64,000 nt of DNA, taken from NCBI GenBank assembly GCA_010093995.1, contig ML992501.1:3120489-3184488 (forward strand). The letters are read 5' to 3'. This DNA is from Elsinoe ampelina. Taxonomy: Eukaryota. A program made the translations under genes and the position numbers. Shown here in pieces: positions 50,585 through 61,953 of this stretch; within the stretch, counting starts at the first letter, position 1; every line of letters starts with the position of its first letter. The notes below the pieces were generated by a model. The model did no database searches. It saw only the letters and a program-made list of their open reading frames with translations, and was not told the origin of the DNA.

Positions 50585-52030
50585 ATGGCACCAAAGCGCG
50601 CAACCACCGCAGCGAAAAAGGCAAAGGGTACGTCCCCCTCCCACCCAACTACTCGCGGGACACCGTCCGTAGTGGATCGGTATACTGACGCTCGAGCGAC
50701 AGGCAAAGCGACCCGCGGCGGCAAGAAGACGGCGCCAGAGGGGCGCATCACCAAGGCGGACAAGGGTGGCGGGAAGGCGGCTGAAGCGTTGGGGAAGTTG
50801 GCGACCGAGTTCGGGGTGAGGATGGCGGCGGCGAGGGAGGCGGCGAGGGAGGCGGAGGAGGAGGTCGTGGCTGGGGTGTTGTCTGGGGTGGAGGGGGTGG
50901 TTGCCATGTTGGGTGGGGAGGGGGCGGACGGGGAGGCGGAAGAGGAGGGAGAGGATGTGGCTGCGCTGACGGGGATGCTGGAGGGGATATATGGGGTGAC
51001 GAAGGAGGTGGTGGCGTCGCTGATGGGGAAGGGGGTGGTGTTTGTTGAGCCGCGGGCGGGGCGGTATGAGTTTGTGCAGCGCTGGATGCCGCATGTTTAC
51101 GATACCGACGATGAAGGGTACAAGGCCCATGCTCTGGTGTCGCTTATCAGCATGACTTGGGTTCGACAGCATCTCGGCCATGGTCCTTTTGGGCCGCAGA
51201 AGGGAGACGTCCTGCCGTATTTCGTTTATGTCGAATCTTTCCTTTCCGAAAGTCCGGATCACGCGCCATACAAGGCTTGGGTAAAACATACACTCTCTCT
51301 ACTGGATAAGCAACAGCCTTCACTGGTCACCAAGATGCTCGATAACCGCGCCGCTCAAACGTATGCAGCGATCACTCAAGTCTTGACAGCAGTAACATCT
51401 CTGAAGCTCACGGACGATGAGAAGAACAACATCGCTACCATCGCCGACCAAGCCACAGCACTTTCGAACGAGCTCTGGAAGAGTCCGACTGCCTGGCGAC
51501 TGATCCCCATGGGTTTGAACTTCAGCGAGAAGGACAGCTGTCCGACCTTCAAGAACGAAGCACACATGGCCCTGGATGTCGAAGATGGAGTCGAGTTACC
51601 ATACGATACGCCCATGCATGGTGTGGTATTTCCTGGTCTGTCGGAAGTCAAACGCGTGGATGGTAAAGCGCAGACGACTGCAAAGGCCAAGGTCAAGGTC
51701 GTCTGCACGGAGCCCGAAGGGAAAGAGGAAGGAGAGTCGGCAGGTGAACAGCCCAGCACAAGGCCAAAGAAGACGCCAGAGAAGACATCCGACAGGAGTC
51801 TGGAGGCAGGGTCAGAGAAGACTCTCGGAACAAGTCCGGAGGGAGGGTCGGAGAAGGGCGCTCGGACAACGCCAGAGGGAACCCCAGAAAAAACGCCAGA
51901 GGAGACCCCAGAGCGGACGTCAGAGGAAGCACCAAAGACAGGTGCAAAGAGGCGGCCAGAAAGCACGCCAGAGGGATCTCCAGAGAAGAGTCCAAGAAGG
52001 AGCCCAAAGAAGACGCCAGCGGGGACCTAG
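50585..52030 (+). CDS. Uncharacterised partner protein P1 (helical, GrpE-like C-terminal motif, T/S-P-E repeat tail; ~456 aa); exons 50585-50627, 50703-52030
   Basis: ATG in ACCATGG context and a 75-nt intron (GTACGT..CTGAC..CAG). Aligns with P2 ('MTWVRQHLGHGPFGP' vs 'MTWVRFHLHAGPFGP'). C-terminal 'VVFPGL..AKAKVKV'. Confidence 0.8.
   Translation: MAPKRATTAAKKAKGTSPSHPTTRGTPSVVDRYTDARATGKATRGGKKTAPEGRITKADKGGGKAAEALGKLATEFGVRMAAAREAAREAEEEVVAGVLSGVEGVVAMLGGEGADGEAEEEGEDVAALTGMLEGIYGVTKEVVASLMGKGVVFVEPRAGRYEFVQRWMPHVYDTDDEGYKAHALVSLISMTWVRQHLGHGPFGPQKGDVLPYFVYVESFLSESPDHAPYKAWVKHTLSLLDKQQPSLVTKMLDNRAAQTYAAITQVLTAVTSLKLTDDEKNNIATIADQATALSNELWKSPTAWRLIPMGLNFSEKDSCPTFKNEAHMALDVEDGVELPYDTPMHGVVFPGLSEVKRVDGKAQTTAKAKVKVVCTEPEGKEEGESAGEQPSTRPKKTPEKTSDRSLEAGSEKTLGTSPEGGSEKGARTTPEGTPEKTPEETPERTSEEAPKTGAKRRPESTPEGSPEKSPRRSPKKTPAGT
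51770..52027 (+). repeat. Coding 12-nt degenerate tandem repeat (TPEK/TPEG/TPEE/SPEK) in the P1 tail
   Basis: Recurring ACGCCAGAG/ACCCCAGAG units, translated 'TTPEGTPEKTPEETPERTSEE..STPEGSPEKSPRRSPKKTP'. Confidence 0.75.
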
Positions 52031-52694
52031 GCGAGTATTGAGGTTGACGAGGATGCGGATGCCAACCGAGCCCATTTAGAATATAGACAGCCTCCAGTAA
52101 TACACCATGTACATGATGTCGAGACCAGCATGACTTTCTGCGCAAACATCGGGATAGGAATGTGCTGTCTTTCAGGTTTGGCCTGTGTCGCTGACCGGAT
52201 CCGGCCGCCCTTCTTTGTTCGAGAAATCATGACACCAAGCCATTGTTGACCAGCCAGCTGAATGCTAGTGGTCAGTCATGAACGCGGCATAGCAATTTCT
52301 TGCTTTCGCTGGGAGACTGAAGACCGATGGAGACTTTTGGGATGTGGAAGGAGAGCAAACCGCGATGAGACGTGGGACCTCGGCAAAAGCCCGGCTCAAC
52401 CACCTCTCCTTTTCCTCGTCACCACTCCCTCCTACTACTCACTTACACGTATCGGACTGCTTTGCATCCAAATATGGATATGTATTGTAATACCAGGTTC
52501 GTTCAATTCTCAAAAACGCTCCAAGACACCAGCGCATGGAGACGCCACCAATAGCACGATCCTACCAGACGACATGTCTCTCCAGACATCAGCCGCCCTC
52601 CACACGTCTCATTTGAGGGAGCCACAGAACCTGTCAGCCCATAGAAGAGTCAATCCTGATCTCTATCGACCGACTCAATCCCACATTGCGTCCT

Positions 52695-54701
52695 TCAATC
52701 GAAACCTGTCGATGTTTCCGCAATGGTGGAGCCTCCAGCTTGCACCGAAACTACCAGCAGCCTTCCCGATACTTTCATGGCGATTTTGTAATCGAGTTGT
52801 CGATACAAGGTACCGTCAACCCGAACAATCTTGAATGCTCCGCGAGGTATCTTATCGGGATCAACTCTACATGTACATTGCGAGTGCATGCCGATCTGCA
52901 ATCGCTTTGGTCGATGACCGAGGTCTCCGTAGCTGCAGAAGACGTGGTGCGAGAAGCCAACAATCTTCTCGCCAATGCCATAGCGTCGCTCAAAAGAATA
53001 AAGGAAGACTGCACCCGGCATGAACGCCTTACTTTTCGAGATCCCCCACTCCATTTCGGCCACAACCCAGCGAGAGCCAGTCTCTGCATCACGAACCATC
53101 CACTCCTGGGGATCATGCCCCCATTGCCAAGGTCTTTCCCTCGTCAAACCGAAGCTGCATTTAGGAACAAGCCAGAACGCTACTTCCTCGTCGTGATCGA
53201 CTCCATAGCGTGCTGCGCCGAGCGCCACAGCTGCCGCGCCTAAGGATGGCTGGATAATTTGCAACGGCGCCGAGAGCTTTGAGTCTCGCAAGTTCTTGAA
53301 CTCCGCGTCGGTGGGATGGTAGGGACTGCTTTCCACGATGTCTGCAATTGGGCGTGCCAAACGTGCGTTGACGGCCACCTCAACACATTTTGCACCCCCG
53401 AATCCACCGACCATGATCACTGCCTTTGGAGGCGAGCCCCTCAGCGCGGCTTTTATAACCTCTGCTTCCAGCAACACAACAATCTTTCTGATCTCCTGGT
53501 CGAATATTTCATGCAGATGATCCCGCTCAAGATGAATGGCCGTTTTGAGCTTGCGTCCCGGCTGCCGCACCAGTAGGGTGAAGATACAATCCGCATCGTA
53601 CTCAATCGACGGGTCGTATTCCTTCTTCACGCATTCCTGAAACTCATGGAGAATCTCTCGCCACTGAGCAGGGTCTTCCTGCATGATCTGATCAAGAATA
53701 TTGGCTGGGAGGCGCCGGCGTAGATGACTTTGAAAGGCCAAATCGACAAAGACTCCGCCCCCAACCTGACCACTGCCAGCGATCTGGTTGAAACATCGTG
53801 GAGACTCTCTAGCAATGGTATAGGTGGCCGTTTGGATTGTTCCTCCTCCTGCATCGCAGACGATAAAAGTATCCCCCCCTCGCAGGGTCCGAGGGCTCAT
53901 GGAGTCGAAAACATGCACCACCGCTGCGTTCAGCTCGGAGAGAAGTATCAGATCACGCCCCATGCCAGCTTCCACTGCGGCACGCTTGATTCTGTCCCTC
54001 TCCATCTCGGACCATATGTTTGGCACCGTCACAACCCACTGAGTTCTGGCGGCATTATACACGCTGCTGTCGCAAGCGACTCTGACACGCTCCTCCATGG
54101 TCTCCCGGATTTTGACAAAGAAGTCGCTAATCACCTCGCCCGCCGTCTTCCCCACAGCCGCCATGTCCTTTCGGAGACCGGTGAGTTGCGGAAAGGGGGG
54201 TATCCGCTGTCTATCGTCGTACACGAGGAGCTTGAAATGGCGGAGGGTATCGTCAAAGCCGTCTGCTGCATCGCCGCAAGCTTCAACTACCCTGCTAGGT
54301 GCGTCAGGTGTGTCAGGTGTGTCAGGTGTGCCAGTGGTGCTAGGGGCGCCAGGTGCGCCAGTCGTGTCAGTCGTGTCAGTCGTGCTGGGTGCGGCGCGGG
54401 CTTGGTAGTATTTGACCTGTGTCTTGACCCTACCCTCCGCCGAACATCCTGGCCATCTACTCTCTATCAGTAAGAGCTCAAGATGATTGATGGAAGCCTG
54501 GAACATACCGCCGTATATGTCTCAAATCTACCACTTCCGTCGAGTCGTCATGGACCGTGAATGCTGCCCTGGGAAATATCAGCGGCCTGCGGCCCCTGCC
54601 TTTTGGAGGCTTATTTACTTTGTATACGTGGTTCCCAGATCGACAGCTGCGACGATGGTGTAACGGCTTAGTTGCCTTGATGAACGTCTCTTCAGAGACA
54701 T
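52695..54701 (-). CDS. Atypical Hsp70 (HSPA12-like) H1, divergent (~634 aa); exons 54701-54619, 54568-54509, 54456-52695
   Basis: Exon 1 'IVAAVDLGTTYT' (phosphate-1), 'HFKLL', 'VTVPNIWS', 'LSELNAAV', 'IVCDAGGGT', 'IMVGGFG'. Two phase-2 introns (54618-54569, 54508-54457). Confidence 0.9.
54294..54392 (-). repeat. Coding 9-nt tandem repeats (TTD/TPD/APG) inserted in H1
   Basis: GTCAGGTGT x3 and GTCGTGTCA repeats on the + strand, giving peptide APSTTDTTDTTGAPGAPSTTGTPDTPDTPDAPS. Absent in H2 and H3. Confidence 0.8.
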
Positions 54702-55113
54702 TGCAGTCCGTGGCAGAATTTGTCAAGCGGGTAAGAGTTCTGGATACTCATCTGGTCATTGCAAGCGAGGTACTACCAGCGAGGCGAACATTTAAATCCT
54801 CTCAAGGACAAAGACGATTGAACGTCACGCTCCCTCAAGGGAGGTCTGCCACTCCACAATCATTGAGATGTCAATATTTTGCTAGTCGAACAATTCGGTG
54901 TTCGCCCCAGCATTCCGCAAAGCAGATGATTCTGGAATCCATTGTTCGCAGAAGCTGAGCAACCCGTTTGCGGTGGCGGGCGACTCGCAACACAAAGAAC
55001 AATTGATAGCTTTCAAATCGGAACCGTAAGTCGCATAGGGAGGTTCGCAATCCCAAGTACGCTTCTATTTGACGCCCGCTTCCGTACCAACAGATAAGTT
55101 TTGCACGATTGCG

Positions 55114-56417
55114 ATGGCTCCTAGAGTAGATCCTCACACCAGGATATCCACCTCACCTTCCCCTACGCCTTCCCCTTCGGGCATTCGGAAAGAGGTTGCA
55201 GCGACAAAGGCGGATGATCTGAAAAGAAAGCAACAGCTCGAGGCAGAACTGAAGAAGCTACAGGATGAGATTGATGGCAGTGGTGATGCTGGAACAACCT
55301 TGCCACGCGACGAGGATGTTGAAGCTACCGATGGCAATGTCGAGGAGGAAGATCAATCGGGAGATCACGGCGAGGATGCGGAGCGCTGGAGGAACGAAGC
55401 AACGCAGTGGCATGATGACTACCTAGAGGTCGTTCAAGAGAACATCAGACTTAGAGAGTTACCGGACTACATCTCAGTGGACGACCTGCATCAAGAATTC
55501 GAAAGTCTATACTTCCACATACGCGGCTGGGTGGTGCGTACCATCGAGAATCACGGTAAGTGGGCTACTACCCATCACCGCAACCAGGCTGACATCGCAC
55601 AGATTTCGATTTTCGCACGAAACTGTTGAAGTGGTCCTCTGTAAGATGGTTCCGTGCATGGCAGCCTGGCTCGCTTTCCGGGCATACGTCGGACGAGTTC
55701 AAGAATAACGCCCTGATATGTCTGTTGGGCATGACATGGGTTCGTTTTCATCTGCACGCCGGACCCTTCGGACCGTCAACGAAGCTTCCCATGTCTGCTT
55801 ACGTCCAGATGGCCAAGCGCCTCGAAGGCATGCCACCCCTGCTCTACCACAGATGCGATATTGACCATTGACAACAGATAAGGCGTATATCGCTGAGTAC
55901 AGACCCTGGTTGATCAGCACCCGGAAATGGCTTGACAAGTACTACCCCGACGACATCAGCGACATGATGCAGCGCCGCCGTGATGGCATCGCAGAAGCCT
56001 TCTTCGACTCCATCCACCACGCCACCAACTTCAAGCTGGACGACGAGCTTCGCCGGCAGCTCCGACGACTCGCGGACCGTGCGGCCACACTCTCTGATCA
56101 CCTCCACGCTTCTCCCGCGACCTACGAGCTACCACCATACGAAGTCTGGTATGATCCGAAGAAGAGCACCGTCCCTCGCTACTCTAGGGAGACGCATGAG
56201 GATATGGACAGGGTAAACCGGCCGGACGATGTGTATGTGGCTTGCCACGCCCTCGTCTGGCCAGGATTGAGTCAGCACGCCGACGAGCGGTGCCAGAATG
56301 TGAGTGCTCTGCCTGAATTGATCATGGGGAAAGACTAATGGAGTGCAGGTGGAGGACAATGTGCGACGTGTGAAGAGCAGGATACGTGTGACGACGATGC
56401 CACTGCCGGATGATTGA
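55114..56417 (+). CDS. Uncharacterised partner protein P2 (coiled coil plus GrpE-like C-terminal motif; ~385 aa); exons 55114-55555, 55603-55827, 55878-56299, 56349-56417
   Basis: Three introns (the second a predicted GC-AG) join the ORF fragments into a protein colinear with P1 and P3, ending 'THED..LVWPGL..VKSRIRV'. Confidence 0.8.
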
Positions 56418-57467
56418 AGCGTGGCGGGCAGAGCGGCAGTTTCCTGATAGTCTGTCGATTTGCATGGTGTGCGAGAAGAGAGGGACGCTGGGAGTCATGG
56501 TTTGATGGATTATTGCTTGACCGTGCTGTCTCTCAATGGAATGCTTTTGGTGCACGTTAGCATGTCAGTCTATGCAGGCTGTCCATACTGGTAGACCTTC
56601 GGCTTAGAACATGTTGGAATGATTTGAGTATGCATCAATCTATACCATTTACACGCACTTTTTAGACCAACCGCATGTATGATTCGGGCCATGGCAATGT
56701 GATCAGGAGTCAAAATATTGCCGTCCAAGAAGTGGCAAGAAAGTTGCCGGCACAAAAAATGGAAAAAAAAGTTGCCCGCATGAGATGTGAGATTTCTAGA
56801 CCTCGGCAACCAATTTGCCACCACACCTGACCCCATTGCTCCCGCACAAGAATCTGTCACATCCCACTGGCCAGCACGAATCCATCTCACTGCTCGCCGG
56901 CACTATTTCAGACCTCGTGGCTATCGTTGAGATGCTCACCATCAGGTGCAACCACTCCGACCACCTCAGCCGCGCCCGCACGCTCGGAACATGACGGCAA
57001 ATGCTTCCTCCAGGACAAGGGTTTCGCGACATGGATGCCTGGAAGCTGTGAAAATGGAAACGGTTTCGGGTGGACTGACTTTTCTTCAGAGGTGATTCTG
57101 GTGGCCAACATGCAGAGTCGACCTGCGTTGCACTGCACCATCACCTAGACATGTTTCTCCAGCTTCGTCTGACAGCAACGTCCTGGACACGGACAGATCT
57201 GACCATGGGCAACCTCACGGCGAAAATTGATTAGCACATACATCTGCAATAACCCTCATTGAAGCAAGTCGATGTCTTGATACTATCGTCAGAAGCTATT
57301 GGATGCTGTGGCGCATCGTCTTCGGCATCCATCTTGTCGGTTACGCCGAGCACTCGCTGCGAGCACGAGCTCTCACAAGTCGCACGCACTACCCAGGCCT
57401 TCTTCCGATAATCGAATTCCTGATATGAAGTTTTACCATCAGCTGGTATCCAGATCATCGACCTCCT

Positions 57468-59418
57468 CTACTCGAACTTTGCGTCCACGCTCCCATGGAC
57501 TGTCCCTCCGATGCGGAAGTCAAACTTGAGACGACCTGACTCCAGCTGGACCCCGAGATGGAAGTCAAGCCTGAGATAGCCCCTTCCACTGAGACTCTCG
57601 CCTTCATGCCACTTGTGCTTGGGCACACGCTTGGTATTGGCGGTGACGTTGCAAAGCTTCTTGACTTTGCCGTATGGACTAGAGCTGTAAGCGGTCGGGG
57701 CCTCATCTTCCTCGCAGTAGTACAGTGTACTCCAACTTGAACTGGGTTGGCTCCAGCTGTACTGACAGAAGCTGTGGAGGACGGGAGAGTTCGATACAAT
57801 ATTGTCGCCTTTCTTGATGAACCACTTCATCTGACTTGAAGCTCTTGTCTTGCCGTCATACTGGTCCACATACTTGCTGGTGACTGGGTGTATCTCTGGA
57901 TCAAAGATTGGGTCGTACACAGTGCCGTAATGCCTCCTGGCTTTGCGGTGTGAGACGAGCTCTGTATTCATAGCGTTGCTTAGAACGGCCCCGCGCACAA
58001 CAGCGGTCCAAGCATGGGCGGACTGAATGACCTGGAGACCGCCCTTGGGGATCATCGTTGGCTTACTGGTCGGCTTGTGACCTGCTCGAGCGTATGGAAC
58101 AATCTGAAAGTCGTTCTCGACTGGGTTGGCGAAACGTCTGCGAATGCAATCATGCAGATATTGGGACATGCAGAATCCGCCAACCAGGATAACAGTCAGT
58201 GCCTTCTTGCCTTGAGTCGCAGCTTTATTTCGCTGATCTTCGATCAATCCGATCGTCTCATCAATCAATGGCCTGAAGATCGAAGCCACTTCGGCACTAG
58301 TGATGGTGAGGAAGCCGCCCTGGATACCCCTCGCAAGATCGTCCTCGACTCCTGGCACTGGAACGAAGAACTCTTCGGCGTCGTACTCATCTGATGTGTC
58401 CTGAGGATTGAAGTCTTTCTTTGGCCCGTCCTCGAACCAATCTTCGGCGTTACGCAGAGACATGGGTCTTTCTCTTTTCATCTCTTCGAACGCTTGGCTA
58501 CCCATCTTGCTCCGCAGCAATCCAACAAAGCGGATGTTGAGGAATGTAGCACCACACATACCGCCAGTCCCGGGAACGACTTCTGAAAACCTCAAAGGAC
58601 TGACGTTGTTCACCTCATAGGTGATGAGATCGACCGTGCCACCTCCACCATCGCAGACGATGTAGACTTGTCCGACCTTGACCTGGCCAGGGGGCAGTTT
58701 TGAGAGGGCGTAGATTGCTGCTGCTTCGGGCTCGCTGATCATCTGAACGCCGGCGCCGATGCCAGCAGTCTTTGCAGCAGTCATAGTCGCATCCTTCGCT
58801 GCATCGCTCCACATTGCCGGAACCGTCAGGACGTATTCAGTCTTCGTTGTAGCCATCAACTTGGCGCCGTAGCGGTTTAAGAGCGCCTTCTGAATCTGCT
58901 CCATCATCTCGGTCAAATAGTCTGCGGCGACCTGGACCGGGGTCTTTCCGATCTTCTTGAGCTGCTCCTCCAGAGTCGCCCTATCCACAAAGCTCGGTAG
59001 CCTCTGGTCCTTATCGAGCAGGAGCTTGATGCACTGGATACGGTCATTGTCGGACAAGGCGCGCTTCCCAATCACTGCGTTGGGACCCTTGCTGTAGGAG
59101 ATGATCGTCGGAAGCTTTTCAGATGTGGAGCTGTTGCCACCGAGCCAGCTATATTGATGTTAGCCTTCTCCATCGTGCAAGTCACACAGGTCACCTACGA
59201 CATGATCACGCGGATGTCATCTAGGTTAATCTCGGTGCTTCCGGCGTAGATGTACGCCGCCCTGGTAGTGGATTCGTGTGGTTCAGAACCATCAGTGAAG
59301 TGACTGACCCGCTGAACGTGGTGCCGAAGTCTATGCCAACCACGATCCTGTCTCTCGCGCGCGGACGTTCCGCTGCAGCCAGGGCTGCGAAGTCGTACTT
59401 GCTTGATTTGCGCGCCAT
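57468..59418 (-). CDS. Atypical Hsp70 (HSPA12-like) H2 (~617 aa); exons 59418-59309, 59261-59199, 59148-57468
   Basis: 'IVVGIDFGTTFSG', 'EKLPTIISY', 'LTVPAMWS', 'ISEPEAAA', 'CDGGGGTVDLITY', 'ILVGGF', 'AVVRGA', 'ARRHYG'. Same two phase-2 introns as H1. Confidence 0.95.
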
Positions 59419-59730
59419 GCTTGCTATTGTTCACTGGAGATGCCGAAAGTTTGACTGTAAGTGATGCTGAACTCAAGTGAGATCACGGCCTGGGAAGAAA
59501 CTTTGTGAATGGTGTCGAGGAAGGATGAGCTGAGTGTCTTGTTATATCATTGGTGTGTGATGCCGACGATGTTGATGTGAAGTGGAGAGAATATTTGGGT
59601 ATTGATTGTGTGAGGGCTGTTTTGTAAACGTGAGGGAAGGCAAGGGCAAAGAGAGGCAAGCACTGTGATACTTTTCTCTATGGGTTCTCCTCGAGGGTGT
59701 GAGGATATCAAGTGAAGTGAAAAGGAACGA

Positions 59731-59776
59731 TCACGTGCCCGGCATATCAGTCAGTGTCCACGTGCACTGCCACGTC
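59731..59776. promoter_or_regulatory. Cluster of E-box/ACGT elements in the divergent H2-P3 intergenic region
   Basis: TCACGTG at 59731-59737, CACGTG at 59759-59764 and CACGTC at 59771-59776, roughly midway between the two start codons. Confidence 0.4.
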
Positions 59777-60032
59777 AGTTAGAGTCCCTCATCATCACTC
59801 AACTTAGGAACGACCATACCTATATTTTACACCCACAATTTCTGGACTTACTCCGCTCTCAATTGACTTCTTGCGTCAAATCTTCACTACTCGATATGAA
59901 CTTCATCAATAGCTTCACAAGAGGGTAGAGTGGATCTTCGGACAGATACGTCGTCTTACTGACACTGTCATCAGATCGAGTTCCTCACACGATCATCACG
60001 CCACGGGTACGGAGGCTGCACGCGCTGGTAAC

Positions 60033-61487
60033 ATGAGTACATACAACAGACAGACCAGACAAAACACGACATCGGCAGGGTCTACGCGAGATCAACAAGA
60101 TACGGACCGCATCATGACTCTACGCATGGAAAACAGGAGGTTGCGTCAAGAGCTTGAACAGCTGCAGCTTCGAAACAACGCTTATCGGACGGCCAACAGC
60201 AACATCAACGACGCCAACAGGATTTTGAAAAGAAAGGTCCGGGCAGCGGGACAGACCATCAAGAGATGTCAAGACATGATCAACCTCCAAAAAACTCAAA
60301 TTCAAGCATTGCTCGAAAGGGCCAACACGGCTGAGAGTCTATACAAGGGCATACGAGCTTCGTTCGGCGAGTTGGAAGGCCAGAGGACAGATCTTCAGAA
60401 TCTTGTCATTGAGCTCAAGCAAGAGATCTCCACCCAGAATATGCTTGAGGACGAGCTGTCCGACGACGAGATCCATAAGCAGTGCAGAGCATTGTTTCAC
60501 CGCATGCAAGATTGGGCGGTGGGGGTCGCTCGTGACGCAGGTGGTAGGTACATCTGTCGTCCAAGCCTTCAGACACTGACACACGCGCAGGCAACCTCAA
60601 GAAGCCCAACACGTCAGCCTATTTGTTACACGAATACATGCCTGACATGGCCTACATGACACCAGCCGACTTTACGATCCGCTGGACCACCTATGTCCTT
60701 GCAACCACATTCTTCTGCCACTACCAGGGACTGTACTATTTCGGCAACAACAGTAGCGATGATATCGACGCGATCAACGAGACCTGCCGCATCATGTCAT
60801 GTAGGTACAACAACCCACGTGAATGAGCCTGTCTGACGTATACAAGTTTGTGACGACTTCAAGTCATGGCTACGCAATTTGCGGGAGCATATCCAGAAGA
60901 CATATCCTGACTTTGTGCAAGAGATGCATGAACACGTCCAGAAGAGCCTGGTTGACAAAGTGATTATCACCATAAAGACAACTCTGAACATCGATCTCAG
61001 CGCCACGAGGATCATCAGAGTCAACAACATCATCAAAGATGCGATGAAGCTCACCGACACCCTCCATTTTCACTCCGCAACCTACCTTATGGGGCTCCCC
61101 AACGGTGTCGATATGAGTCAAGGCAGTTTCCACTTCTACGACGGCGAGCAGCATGAAGACATCTCTGGGCCCACCCCCACCGCGCTTGAGACGGCAGTAG
61201 TGGGTGGGTCGGTCTTCCCTGCGTTGTACAAGACTCGCGATGACAAAGGCGCTTGCGTATGCACATGTTCCCCCGAGAGCGAAGAGTGTACTGACATCTC
61301 ACAGATGGAGGCCGAAGTCGTCAGCAAAGCCAGGGTCATCGCACTCCCTCACGTCAGCGCAATGGTCATTATCAAGCAGGAAGAAGGGTTGCAGGAGGAT
61401 GATTTAAGAAACGTCAGCTCCTTCGATCGGGACGGTGAGATGGGTGAGACAGAACGCAGTATGCCGGGAGCCTACACATATGGCTGA
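60033..61487 (+). CDS. Uncharacterised partner protein P3 (long coiled coil plus GrpE-like C-terminal motif; ~437 aa); exons 60033-60543, 60591-60800, 60847-61256, 61305-61487
   Basis: About 110-aa heptad region. Three introns at positions and phases equivalent to P2. Ends 'FYDGEQHED..SVFPALYK..VVSKARVIA'. Confidence 0.82.
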
Positions 61488-61953
61488 GAGATGCTTCACG
61501 AGAAAGCCGCATGTGGAGCGAGATACAGGAGTCAGCGTTACCTATTGATCTTTGATCAGAAGCGCTTTGGCGGGAACGACACAGCAGTGGTAGATGAGGG
61601 TGATGAGAATGTCAATATGCGCATGAGCAGTGGATGTTACTGGACGAAAGAAGTCCTCGTTTTGATTCCATCGTACATAGGAAACTCGTCTCCAGACAGC
61701 ATCTAATATGCAAGTCACTCAATGAGTCAAGTCATGAACTGTCTTCTGGCCAGATCTCGTATGCTTTTTGCCTGGATGCCTTTCAGCCGTATCATACAGA
61801 TCTCAGACCCTCTTGTCCATATCGGGCAGAACACCTGCCATCCATTCGCCCTCCGGTCATGAAAGTGCCACACAGACCCAGTCCTGCAGCATCAACGACA
61901 ATATGAACGTGTCAATGAGCACCCTCCTGCACAACAGCCACCGGTTCATCAAA

